The notes beneath the pieces were generated by a model. The model did not search any database. It was not told the origin of the DNA and was given only the letters and a program-made list of their open reading frames with translations. A stretch of DNA of 64,000 nt from contig CM075987.1 of assembly GCA_038087875.1 (NCBI GenBank), forward strand, positions 22,818,001-22,882,000. The letters are read 5' to 3'. The first letter of the stretch is position 1, and each line of letters opens with the position of its first letter. This stretch comes from Malacoraja senta. Taxonomy: Eukaryota. Shown piece by piece: positions 14,054 through 61,891 of the stretch. Both the position numbers and the translations under genes were made by a program.

Positions 14054-14300
14054 ACCCGTACCCCAGTGAGGGTCAGTGTGTGTGTGTGTGTGTGTGGGAC
14101 CCGTACCCCAGTGAGGGTCAGTGTGTGTGTGTGTGTGTGTGGGACCCGTACCCCAGTGAGGGTCAGTGTGTGTGTGTGTGTGTGTTTGGGACCCGTACCC
14201 CAGTGAGAGTCAGTGTGTGTGTGTGGGACCCGTACCCCAGTGAGGGTCAGTGTGTGTGTGTGTGGGACCCGTACCCCAGTGAGGGTCACTGTGTGTACCC
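13510..14300 (-). repeat. Same minisatellite family in opposite orientation (variant CTGACCCTCACTGGGG), roughly 19 copies
   Basis: Direct reading. Confidence 0.95.
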
Positions 14301-15919
14301 CTCAGCGTAACACAGATATACATACCCCACCCCTGTGTAACACTGACTCCCCCCTCAGCCTGCTGCATCTTTCAATTGCTGATGGTCCACATTCGGTTGA
14401 CAGCCTGCCTTGCTGTTATCAGGCAACAGAATCACCCTACCACATCTGGGGAGCAGCGCTGAAATACTAGCTACCTCATTGGTTACCCTCAGACTACCCA
14501 CGATCGGACTTTGCTGGCTTTACCTTGCACTAAACGTTATTCCCTGATCATGTAAATGGCTGTAAATGTAAATACATCGATACACTATAAATGGCTCGAT
14601 TGTAATCAAGTATTGTCTTTCAGCCGACTGGATAGCACGCAACAAAACCTTCTCACTGTACCTCGGTACACATGACAACTAAAACGGAACGGCCAGTCCC
14701 CGTTTCCTGGCTCCTACTGCCATCTATTGGACCCACTGTGCAACATACATGCTGTTCCCTGAACCCGACATTATAATTATAATACATTTTATTTATGGGC
14801 GCCTTTCAGAACACTCAAGGACACCTTACAGTTAAAACAAGCAAACTACAAATGTATAAATAAAATGAAACAAAAACAACATATCTATGAATTTGATAAG
14901 TAGTAGGGACAGCAATAATACATAAGTAAGTAAGTTTATTGGCCAAGTATTCACATACAAGGAATTTGCCTTGGTGCTCCGCCCACAAGTAACAACATGA
15001 CACACAGTGACAGTTACGAATGACTCAGAAAACACTAAACATTAATAATAATGACATTAATGATAAAACACCATTGATCAAACATGTGAACCAACAAAAT
15101 ACCAGATCAAAGGGATCGGAGAGAGAGCAGCGACAGCTAATCGCGCTAGCGTTCACTCTCACTTCCGGCAGCCATCTTTTAGACACAACATTAAAGAAGA
15201 ATTTAACATGAAACATAAAAGCATCCCCCCACAATGGTTCCCACTGTGAGGGAAGGCAACAAAGTCCAGTCCTCTTCCTCTTGTTCACCCCGTGGTCGGG
15301 GCCTATTTGAGGCCTCCGCAGTCGCCGATGTTACAGGCCCACTCGCCAGATGATGGAGCTCCGGCGTCGGGAGAAACACTCTCAGCGGCTTGGAGTGTCC
15401 GGAAGGGCCGCTTCCTCCCCGGAGACCGCGGCTCCCGAAGTCCACAGGCGGCGCTGGTAGGAGCTCCGACACTGGCGATCTCGGCGAGAGATCTCAGGCT
15501 CCGCGATGTTTGAAAGTCAGCGCCGCCCGCAGCTGGACGCTCCGCAACCACAGCTCCGCGATGTTGGAGTCGGCGGTCTCAGCACTCCGGAGCTTACCAC
15601 ACGGCGACCCGGGTAAGGCATCGCCCGCTCTATGATTGTGCTTCAGTGCTGTGCCGCCGCCGAAGCGGAGGTACTGGCCGGTCCTGGCAGGAAACGCCGC
15701 TCCAGTCCAGTTGGTAATTGAAAGAATCAGCTGTACTGTACTTACCACAGGCACAAGAAGCTGCAGATGCTGGGATCTGGAGCGCGAAAATACCCAAAAT
15801 AACATTGCACAACACCAACCTGACCTCAACTCACACATTGCTGAAACCCACAATCTCGTTTTTATTATCCCTACAATCAACCAATGCATCGGGTCCCGAC
15901 CCCAAAACGTCTCCTAACC

Positions 15920-16375
15920 AGGTCTCGTTGCACCTCCCCTTCTCCAAATCCACCACCATTCAGATAATAATCTGCCTTCCTGTTCTTGCCACCAAAGTGG
16001 ATCACCTCACATTTATCCACTTTATACTGCATCTGCCATGTATCTGCCCACTCACCCAACCTGTCCAAGTCACCCTGCAACATCATAGCATCCTCCTCGC
16101 AACTCACACTGCCACCCAGCTTTGTGTCATCCGCAAACTTGGAGATGTTACATTTAATTCCCTCGTCTAAATCATTCATATATATTGTAAATAACTGGGG
16201 TCCCAGCACCGAGCCTTGCGGCACCCCATTAGTCACTGCCTGCCATTCTGAAAAGGACCCGTTAATTCCTATTCTTTGCTTCCTGTCTGCCAACCAGTTC
16301 TCTCTCCATGTCAATACCCTACCCCCAATACCATGTGCTCTAATTTTGCACACTAATCTCTTGTGTGGGACCATG
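15920..16375 (-). mobile_element. CR1 LINE reverse-transcriptase fragment
   Basis: VPHKRLV..KI, GVPQGSVLGPQLF, SKFADDTKLGG, QGDLDRLGEWA, KCEVIHFG. Confidence 0.93.
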
Positions 16376-16379
16376 TCAA

Positions 16380-16900
16380 CCTTCAGGGTGCATCACAGCT
16401 TGGGTTAGGAACAGCTCCATCCAAGACCGCAACATATTGCTGTGAATTGTGGACGCAGCCCAGACCATCATGCTAACCAACCTCCCTTCCATTGACTCCA
16501 TTTATACCTCACGCTGCCTCAGCAAGGTCAGCAGCATTATCAAAGATGAGTTGTACCCTGGCCACACCCTCTTCTCCCTTCACCCATCAGGCAAAAGGTA
16601 TAGAAGTGTAAAAATGCACACCTCCAGATTCAAGGACAGTTTTTTCCCTGCTATTAGCAACAACTGATTGATCCTACCACAGTGCTGAACTACTATCTCC
16701 CTCATTGGTGACCCACCGACTATCCTTGATCAGACTTTGCTGGCTTTACCTCGCACTAAACGTTATGCCCTTATCATGTCTCTATACACAGTAAATGGCT
16801 CGATTGTAATCATGTATTGTCTTCTGCTGACTGGATAACATGCAACAAAAGCTTTTCACTGTACCTCAGTACACGTGACAATAAACTAAATTAAAATGAA
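16380..16900 (+). mobile_element. Rex1/Babar-like LINE 3' fragment
   Basis: LPSIDSIYTSRCL..IIKD..PGHTLF..PSGKRYRS..RFKDSFFP; tail gacaataaactaaa. Confidence 0.75.
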
Positions 16901-17770
16901 TCAGGTTCCTGTTAAATCTTTCCCCTCTCACCTCAAACCCATGTCCCCAGGAATCAATTCTGACTAAATGTGTGTCTCCAGGGTAGGAGGACGCCTATGC
17001 GTGACTTTGTTTAATGTGGGGAGACTGGTGCACAGACAGCCACCTTGACAGATCTGGGTCAGGATCCAGTGGCATGGAGTCCAAGACCCTTTTCTGCTGC
17101 AGCTTTCATCCCCCTTCCCAGCTGTTGTGACTAAGGTCCACTAAGGTCAGCCATCATCCTCCGCCTTTTCCACCGTTGAGGTGTATCATCGATAGAGTTA
17201 TATGCTAATCACATTTTTTCATGACCTTGAAAATTTGGCCCATGAAGAATCTCTGTCCCATACCCCCACTTGTTTCCCTGTAGCATTTTCTCTCTCTCAC
17301 TCTGACTGAAACCCCTGCCAATCAAAGATACAATGCTGAGTGGCCAATTAACTTAACAACGTGCCTTTGCAAAACCCCAGCATCAAGAGAAAGCCAGAAA
17401 CCGAGAGAGAAAACGGCCCAGTCAGCGTCTGTGTAGCAAAGGGATGGTCTGTATCACCAGAGAAACCTCCGCCCGTTTCATTAGAAATGAGATACAAGCA
17501 ACTGGAGATAGCTGGAGATAGCTGGAGTAACTCTGCGGGTCAGGCAGCATCTCTGGAGAGAAGGAACAGGTAAAGTTTCGGGTCGAGACGGGGCGCTCTT
17601 GTACTTGTACCAGCATTTGGACCTGACTCTGGAGATTTTCTTTGTAGACCACGCCAGAATAGGGCGCCTGTGCATTTGTGGGTTGTGCCAAAAATAATTT
17701 CACTGTGCTGTGAATCCGTGACAATAAAGAACCATTGAAGTCTAAAGGGGATCACATTGTGTGAATGAAC

Positions 17771-18047
17771 ACAAAAATGCTGGAGAAACTCAGCGGGTGC
17801 AGCAGCATCTATGGAGCGAAGGAAATAGCCAACGTTTCGGGCCCGAAACCCTTCTGGAAATAGGCTACGTTTCGGGCCCGAAACCCTTCTGGAAATAGGC
17901 AACGTTTCGGGCCGAAACCCTTCCGGGTTTCGGACCCGAAACGTTGCCTATTTCCTTCGCTCCATAGATGCTGCTGCTGCACCCGCTGAGTTTCTCCAGC
18001 ATTTTTGTCTACCTTCGATTTTCCAGCATCTGCAGTTCCTTCTTTAA
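17771..18047. mobile_element. Palindromic Penelope-derived insertion with tandemly repeated core
   Basis: 18-bp TSD CACATTGTGTGAATGAAC (17753-17770 / 18048-18065); three ~35-bp repeats built on the palindrome GTTTCGGGCCCGAAAC. Confidence 0.8.
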
Positions 18048-18399
18048 CACATTGTGTGAATGAACTGGTATCGATAGAGATGGGGCACTTTCCCACTCGC
18101 CATTTGACCTGAAGTGCTGCTTCCCTTCCTCCCCCCCACCACGTACATCCATGCTTGGGACCAGTTTATTGTTCTGAAAGACATTATGGAAATGCAAGTT
18201 TTTTTTATTAAAAAAAAAAAAAAAAGGTACTTGTGAAATGAATTACATTTAAATAGAGTGGTTTAGAGATTAGAGCAGTTTGATTAGAGATATTATATTG
18301 GAGATTTTTGAGTATAGCGTGGGCCAAGAGGTTTTAAGATTTGCAATAACATAACATTCACACGTTGATTGCCCTTAGTTTGTTTTGCAAGACTGGTGT

Positions 18400-18522
18400 A
18401 GGTTTTCCTATTGCAACCCGGAGGCATTGTGAATCATATATCCGGCAACTCTGGCTCTCCACGTGTTTGACCCGGAAACCCAGTGACTTGTTTTGGATAC
18501 AAATCGCATCGGGCTCGCAACT
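18400..18522 (+). promoter_or_regulatory. Probable SURF2 proximal promoter/5' UTR
   Basis: CpG-enriched, no TATA box seen; E-box CACGTG at 18460-18465; ETS-like CCGGAAAC at 18472-18479. Confidence 0.5.
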
Positions 18523-27065
<8,543 letters not shown>

Positions 27066-27775
27066 AACAAAGCTGGAGAATTGTTTACACATCTGCTGCC
27101 TATCACAGAGAATGCATGCTGATAACTGTACAATGTTTGTATAAAGTAAAATTGATCTGGTAAATGCAATAAGCTGAGTGTTTTTTTTAAATATGGTCAA
27201 GCAGCTGTGAAAAATGTTTATAGGTCCTGACCAGAAACATCACCCACCCATGTCCTCCAGAGATGCTGCATGACCAAATGAATCACTCCAGCACTTTTTT
27301 TTTAGTAAGCCAACATATGCAGTTTTTTCACATAATTCCACCTGTTTTAAAAGTGTCCAAACTCACTGGGATCTTGACACAGGTTACTATGTTATCGGGC
27401 TAGTCATCTAGAAGTCCGAACACTGAGCCAGAGCTTTGGTTCAAATTAAACTACAGCAGTTGAGGAATTTAAGTTTCGCCAATAAATGAAAGAATTTGGT
27501 ATAAATGACAATGAAAGACGCAGGTTCACATAATTAAACTTAAATATTCTGAAAGAAGTGAATCTGTTGACTTTGTCTCCTTGTAAAGGCAGCGAGCTGC
27601 AACTTGGAGGCATAAAATAAGGATGGACAATGATAATAATACCATTCTGTGTATGAGGATAGTAACAAATGCAGGAACAGCCAGTTTGGGAAAATGAGAG
27701 GAAAACCCATCTGATTACTGCTCTTGTTCTGCAGGTTGGGAATGGGAAGTGCTATCGAATAATGTTTATGAATGA

Positions 27776-27947
27776 AAGACACAAAATGCTGGAGTAACTT
27801 AATGAATCCCTGGAGAACATGAATAGGTGACTTTTTAGGTCGGGACCTGAACCGAAACGTCACTATCCATGTTCGCCAGGGATGCTGCCCGACCTGCTGA
27901 GTTACTCCAGCATTTTGTGTCTTTCCTTGGTAAACCAGCAGTCACTA
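27776..27947. mobile_element. Degenerate palindromic Penelope-derived insertion
   Basis: 15-bp TSD AATGTTTATGAATGA (27761-27775 / 27948-27962). Confidence 0.7.
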
Positions 27948-28049
27948 AATGTTTATGAATGATACAATTCCCCTATTATTCCGCACATTCTGTTCTGTAG
28001 AACTTGCTAAATTGAAATAAAGAATTGCACACGTCAACAATGTGGAAGG

Positions 28050-30174
28050 GTGGGGAAGGGAATCAAAGCTTTTATTTCAACAACTAAAACTCATCAACAC
28101 AATTTCTGAAGGTAACAAAGGTTCCTGACCTTCTGCAACTCTCGTTGCCCTTGGGGCAGGAGTAGTGGGTTAAGGCAGGAGAGCTCAGTTAGCTCTTCCA
28201 GGAACTCATACTTGATGCGTGTCAAAAAAAAAAACGACAAAAAAAACAGACCTGCGTGAACAGTTTTCCAGCTGAATGCAGTTTCTCCTCTTCCCCCACC
28301 CAGTCAGGCACATTGACTAATACTGACAGGTTACTCCACAGTGTTTTCAGAGCATGAGTCCATCTTTATTGCTGTATTATATAAATAACCTCTCTCCCAG
28401 CGCCTTGAAATTTGTCAAGGATTTTCAATCCCAAAGCTGCTGGCTAACAACTTGTCAGGTGCGAGTGTGAACAATGTGTGCCAGGTGGCTAGTTGAATGC
28501 AGAAGGCATTGTACCCAAGCCTATCCCTGATCCCACTCCCAGACTATGTTCCATAAACACCTTCCGGCAGGAGTTAGTGACCAGCAACTTAGGGCAACGG
28601 CACAAGAATATTTTGTTGTACTTTAAAAATGGAAACCAACTTTTTACCAGCAACACTTGGCAATTGGACTCTCCAACTGGTTTTCTGTGGACCACAAATA
28701 ACAGAACTCAGGACAGCTGTGGGAGGTGGCAAAATTAGTTAAACAGTAGCATCTTGGAGAGCAAGACCAAGATTTACACTTTGGAATTCAGTGTGTGTGC
28801 CCACATGTTCATCTGAGACACACACACAGTTGATTGACACTGGGGGCAGTGAAGGTAAAATATCATTAACATGATCAGTCTTCGTTTAGAAATTCAGGAT
28901 CCCAGTCACTGTCATGTTTCCTCACGCAAATCCAAACACTTATATTATGATGGCGGCCAGTGTAATTTGGCTTCATCCTTCTTTGGAAGGGAGTACTCTA
29001 TTGTTAGAACGTAGGTTTGTGGGCACAGGGCTTCAAACAAGGTAGCCATTTCCCATGGAGAGTGACAGCAGGATTTCCAGCAAAGGAAGATGGACTGAAA
29101 TATCGCAATCGAGTCCAATCCAGTGCATGTGTAGACACAAGTGCAACAGAACCGAGCTACACTCGCACGTAAGCTTTTTCCCAGATGAATCCTGCTTTAT
29201 ATTTCTCCTTCGCAGCCCCCTGGCTCTGGGGCCCTCTAACTCTCCTCGGCTCCAATTATTTCTCTTGACCCAAGCCAGATAACTGTTAACCTTCACAAAA
29301 TGCCTGGCCTCCTCTACATGCTAATCATCGGGCAGCCGAGCATTGCTCACTTTCAATCCTTTTGCAAGATGTTGGGTTGGATTAGGTCACCCACATTTTG
29401 TAAAAAAAAGCTTGACTCGCAAACCACCTACCTCTGCTCTGGGGATGAGAGGATGGGGAGGGGAAATGAAAAGCATCGGTTGGCATTATCAATGTAAAGG
29501 GTAGGTAAAAATCTCAAAGCATGAGGATGCATCAACTTCCAACCAGATCTCCCCGTCCTAAACTATTACCGTGTGTACAAAAGTTGCTGGGGAGGGAGGC
29601 CAGAGTTGATGCAACCTGTAGTGTTCTTTTAGATTCAGAGCTGTTGTTGCCACTGTTTTTTGAGAATTTGACCTTTATACTGAAACGTAATTTGCAGCAA
29701 TTAAATGACTTGTCAGCCCGACAGCCACAGATTGCAACCTAAGAGGAAACGATTCCAATGCCTTCTCTCAGTTCCTCTCAAGACGTGAATATATAAAGGG
29801 AGCTCAACCTCGTGGCAAAATTGTAGCTTTACTTGTATTGTTTTTAATTTTTTTAAAGGGCCTCACACGTTTTTACAGCCACACAATGTGTGCACTCTAA
29901 ATATTTTTTGTGAGATTTCAATTTATATTTGACAGGTGAAATTAAAAATTAAGGCCCAATTTCTGTGATGTTACCAAAACAAGAAGGTGGAGCATGTAAA
30001 TATCCCCAAATACGCAAATGCACTGAAATCTGGGCAAAAATCACAAACAGTACAAAATGGCATTCACCGAGGAAATTGGGGGAGAGGAGAGAAGGATGAA
30101 AAGGATGGGTGAGGGAGGAGAGAGCAGGGGGAAGAAGAGGGGAAAGGACTGCGGCTTTGGAGGCCTGACACCGA
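28050..30174 (-). other. SURF4: Probable SURF4 3' UTR (~2.1 kb) with candidate poly(A) signals at 28365-28370 and 28071-28076
   Basis: Stretch free of the SINE/PLE copies that fill the flanks; AATAAA on the minus strand at both sites. The exact 3' end is inferred. Confidence 0.55.
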
Positions 30175-43352
<13,178 letters not shown>

Positions 43353-43559
43353 GGTGGTAGTAGTGGTGGTAGTAGTGGTGCCGCTGCCGCCGCTCGGCCT
43401 CGCCGCCGGAAGTGTTACTCGCTGCCCCGGCCACAGGGAGGGGAGGGGGGAGGGCGGGGCCAACCCGGCTCCCAGAACACACCGCGGCGCCACGCAGTGC
43501 CACGTCGGGGCTATGCAAATCAGTGGGCGGGGCGACTGTGCACGTCACACGGGACAATT

Positions 43560-43960
43560 ACGTCACACTGGGCTGCGACGTCACACAGGGCAGCGACATC
43601 ACACTGGGCAGCGACGTCACACTGGGCAGCGACGTCACACAGGGCAGCGACGTCACACAGGGCAGCGACGTCACACAGGGCAGCGCCGTCACACAGGGCA
43701 GCGACGTCACACTGGGCAGCGACGTCACACAGGGCAGCGACGTCACACGGGCAGCAGCGTCACACAGGGCAGCGCCGTCACACCAGGGCAGCGACGCACA
43801 CAGGGCAGCGACGTCACACAGGGCAGCGACCACACAGGGCAGTGACGTCCACAGGGCAGCGGCCGTCACACAGGGCAGCGACGTCACACTGGGCTGCGAC
43901 GTCACACAGGGCAGCGACGTCACACAGGGCAGCGACGTCACACTGGGCAGCGACGTCACA
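43560..43960. repeat. 18-bp tandem repeat GGGCAGCGACGTCACACA, about 22 copies
   Basis: Direct reading; 6-aa periodicity in the overlapping ORFs. Confidence 0.95.
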
Positions 43961-43967
43961 GAGACTG

Positions 43968-44260
43968 ATAGAAACATAGAAACATAGAAAATAGGAGCAG
44001 GAGAGGAGGCCATTCGGCCCTTCGAGCCAGCACCGCCATTCATTGTGATCATGGCTGATCGTCCCCTATCAATAACCCGTGCCTGCCTTCTCCCCATATC
44101 CCGTGACTCCACTAGCCCCTAGAGCTCTATCTAACTCCTTTAGGACGGAGACGAGGAAACACATTTTCTCACTGAGAGTGGTGAGTCTGTGGAATTCTCA
44201 GCCTCAGAGGGCGGTGGAGGCCGGTTCTATGATGCTTTCAAGAGAGAGCTAGACAGGGGC
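43968..44260. mobile_element. CR1-type 3' end with internal inversion
   Basis: ATAGAAAC tail with minus-strand 3' UTR (43968-44138), then plus-strand FSLRVVSLWNS remnant. Confidence 0.65.
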
Positions 44261-44311
44261 CCTTGTCACACGGGCCGGGTACGGGTCACACGGGCAGCTC
44301 TACGTCACGCA

Positions 44312-44342
<31 letters not shown>

Positions 44343-45718
44343 GCTTTGCATTGTGAACATGTGGCAGGCATGTTACCAGTATGTAATGGAAGGCTGACAC
44401 AAAATGATAGATGCCGCCTCACCTGCTGAGTTACTCCAGCACTTTGTGTCCACCTTCGATTTTATCCAGCATCTGCAGTTCTTTCTTACCGCATGTAATC
44501 ATGGGCCAGGGACATGCTACACACACACACAGACATAGACAAGGCACACTGGCAGGTACAAATAAATTGCACACTGGGCAGAAGCACTGCCCTGAACATA
44601 GATAAAATGCAAGAACCCGTGCACACCCGGGCAGAACCAAGTTAAACACACGTTTAGGCCATAATTTTAATTAACGAAGAATGCACCATTCCTATAATTA
44701 AAAGAATCAGGAACAAAATTCCAGCATCTAGTTCCTTTGTCTTCTAATGCACAAAATTCCAGCATCTGCAGCTCCATGTATTTATTAAAATAATCACATC
44801 TGAATGTGTTCTTGTGCTTGTAAACTCGGTGATATACCTATATTCTCAAATGCAAGCACACCCATCATGGTTAGCAATCTGATATAAACAACAGCACATG
44901 CATATTTAAGGCATTAAAGTGGATGCAGCCTATAGAACTAACGCTAACCTATTCAACCGAAGTTGTCTCTATTTCAAAACCAAGGTAATTCTTAACCGCA
45001 GTAGTGGTGCTGCAATTCACTGAAGGATATAAGGTGAACATTACACTCAACATCTGCAATACCAAGGAATCTGCCAACCTGTCCCTACTGGACACTCTCT
45101 AACATTAACAGTGTTCGGCAAGACCCTGTACAACGTGAGCGTCTACCCTCGTTTAGGGACCTACCTCTCAGCAAATGCAGACATTGATGATGACATTCAC
45201 CATCAATACACTGGTTGTCCAAGTAAAATAATGAAATCAAGATTTCAAGTCCATTTATGGTCTTGATTAGAAATACAATCAAGTCAAACTGAAGTACAAT
45301 AGATAGAGCAAAGGGGAAGATACACAGTGCAGAATATAGTTCTCAGCATTGAAGTACATCAATGCCGTAAACAAATAGTATCTGCAATGGGGGTAGAGAT
45401 GAATTAGACAGTACTCTAGGTTTCGGAAGGACCATCCAGAAGCCCGATGACAGAGGCGAAGAAACTGACCAAGTTTTTAGATATTTACCTTAATATTGCT
45501 TTTTGTGGCTTGGTACAGTACAGCTCAATGGGGTACGATTATTAAATTGTATTTATGAGTATTCAAAGGTCTGGATTGTTGATCTTAAGACACAATTTAA
45601 ATCCCATTAGGGCAGGTGGCGTTATTTAAATTAATCTGGCATAAAAACAATTTTGAGTAAGGTGAAACTGAAAGTTCAGATTGTTGTACAACACACCTTA
45701 CCGTGGGTAACGGACCTA

Positions 45719-45855
45719 GAGTCTGAAGAAATGGTCTCGACCCGAAACGTCACCCATTCCTTCTCTCCAGAGAATGCTGCCTGTCCCGCTGAGTTCCTCC
45801 AGCATTTTGTGACTGTCTTCGATTTAAACCAGCATCTGCAGTTGTTTCCTACACC
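45719..45855 (+). mobile_element. Penelope-derived short element with near-intact hammerhead motif
   Basis: gagt CTGAAGA aatggtctcgaccc GAAAC GTC acc. Confidence 0.65.
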
Positions 45856-46019
45856 TTGTTCACTCATGCCTTCAGGAAGGAAATTTGCCATCCGTACGCT
45901 GATCTATATCTGGTCCATATGTGAATCCGGTTTCATAGTCACACGGTTAACTTTTTTACTGCCCTCTTAGATGGTCTGTCTCGTTGCCTTTGGTCAAAGA
46001 TTGAGAAACTCTGCAGGAG

Positions 46020-46245
46020 AACCGTCTCCTCCCTCCGTCCCTCCCACACCACGCCAACGCCTCGCACACACTGACCTTCGGAAACCCCCTGTATTGTACA
46101 ACAGCTTGCCGTGTGTTTGGGGATGGGAACAGAGAGCGCGGTTGTGAAGTGGCCGTACCTGCTGCCGGTGATCGGGGGGCGACGGGTGTTGCCGCGGCGA
46201 CGGGTAAACACGGTGGGAAAGTGTTGGGCGTCGGGTGGGCGCCGC
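46020..46245 (+). promoter_or_regulatory. CpG-rich candidate STKLD1 promoter with RFX X-box-like site
   Basis: GTTGCCGCGGCGAC at 46188-46201 (X-box consensus GTTGCCATGGCAAC). Confidence 0.5.
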
Positions 46246-46625
46246 TGGCCATTGGGTTGGTCTTGGTGGCATTGGGTGTTACTGGGTATTGGGTTGGTCT
46301 TGGTGGCATTGGGTGTTACTGGCCATTGGGTTGGTCTTGGTAGCATTGGGTGTTACTGGCCATTGGGTTGGTCTTGGTAGCATTGGGTGTTACTGGCCAT
46401 TGGGTTGGTCTTGGTAGCATTGGGTGTTACTGGCCATTGGGTTGGTCTTGGTGGCATTGGGTGTTACTGGCCATTGGGTTGGTCTTGGTAGCATTGGGTG
46501 TTACTGGCCATTGGGTTGGTCTTGGTAGCATTGGGTGTTACTGGCCATTGGGTTGGTCTTGGTAGCATTGGGTGTTACTGGCCATTGGGTTGGTCTTGGT
46601 GGCATTGGGTGTTACTGGGTATTGG
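46245..46625. repeat. 37-bp tandem repeat GGCCATTGGGTTGGTCTTGGTRGCATTGGGTGTTACT (~10 copies), decaying into G/T-rich sequence up to ~47230
   Basis: Direct reading. Confidence 0.93.
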
Positions 46626-47247
46626 GTTGGCGTTGGTGGCGTTGGGTGCTACTGGGCATTGGGTGCAACTGGGCGTTGGGTTTGGTTGGGTTGGGTGCTA
46701 CTGGGCGTTGGGTTGGGTTGGGTTGGGTGCCATTGAACATTGGGTAGGCACAACTAGGCACGGGCAGCTACTGGGCGTTGGGTTGTTGTGACTGGTATTG
46801 GGTGTTGGGTTGGGTGCTATTGAACACTGGGTGGGCACTACTGGGCATTGGTTTGGTGTTGCTGGTATTGGGTGTTGCTTGCGGTGGGTGGTGGTGGTTG
46901 GGTGTTACTGGACATTGGGTGTAACTGGGTGTTGGGTGGGTGGTGCTGGGTCTTGCGTGGATGTTGCTGGGTTAGTACCACTGGGCATTGGGTGGTACTG
47001 GGTGCTACGGTGGTGGGTGCACTGGGTTGGGTGTAGCTGGGTGGTGCTGGACTGTATTGGTTACTGAGTGGTTGGTGCTGGATAATATTGGGTGCTGGCT
47101 GGGTGGTACTGGTTGCTAGGTGCACTGACTGGGCAGAGTTGGGTGCTGAGTGGGCATCGGGTGGGTGGTGCTGGTCTGTGTCGGGTACGGGGTGGGTGGT
47201 GGTGGGTGTTTAGTTGTGCCGGGTGGGTGAGACTTGCCTTCGACCCG

Positions 47248-61799
<14,552 letters not shown>

Positions 61800-61891
61800 G
61801 TGGGTGAATGTTATATAATAAGCATTGCTCTAATGCTAAAAGGCCAGCTCGGTTTATCTCTCAGCATGTGAGTTGCACACTTCATGACTGA

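Noticed and set aside
11336..14300. CRISPR-like appearance of regularly spaced hairpin-containing repeats
   Set aside because: The intervening sequence is only (CA)n of varying length, not unique spacers. There are no cas genes and the context is vertebrate.
15877..16374. Intact-looking RT ORF as a domesticated gene or retron-like system
   Set aside because: An ordinary internal CR1 fragment, truncated at both ends and flanked by other repeats.
16980..17185. Possible LINE 5' UTR fragment
   Set aside because: It looks repeat-derived but could not be assigned or supported from this window alone.
43353..43493. In-frame N-terminal extension of SURF4 (poly-Thr)
   Set aside because: No upstream ATG; the ATG at 43352 has a strong Kozak context and gives the canonical 269 aa.
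46111..47125. Hydrophobic repeat ORFs resembling membrane proteins
   Set aside because: Translation of a 37-bp repeat whose unit is not a multiple of three.
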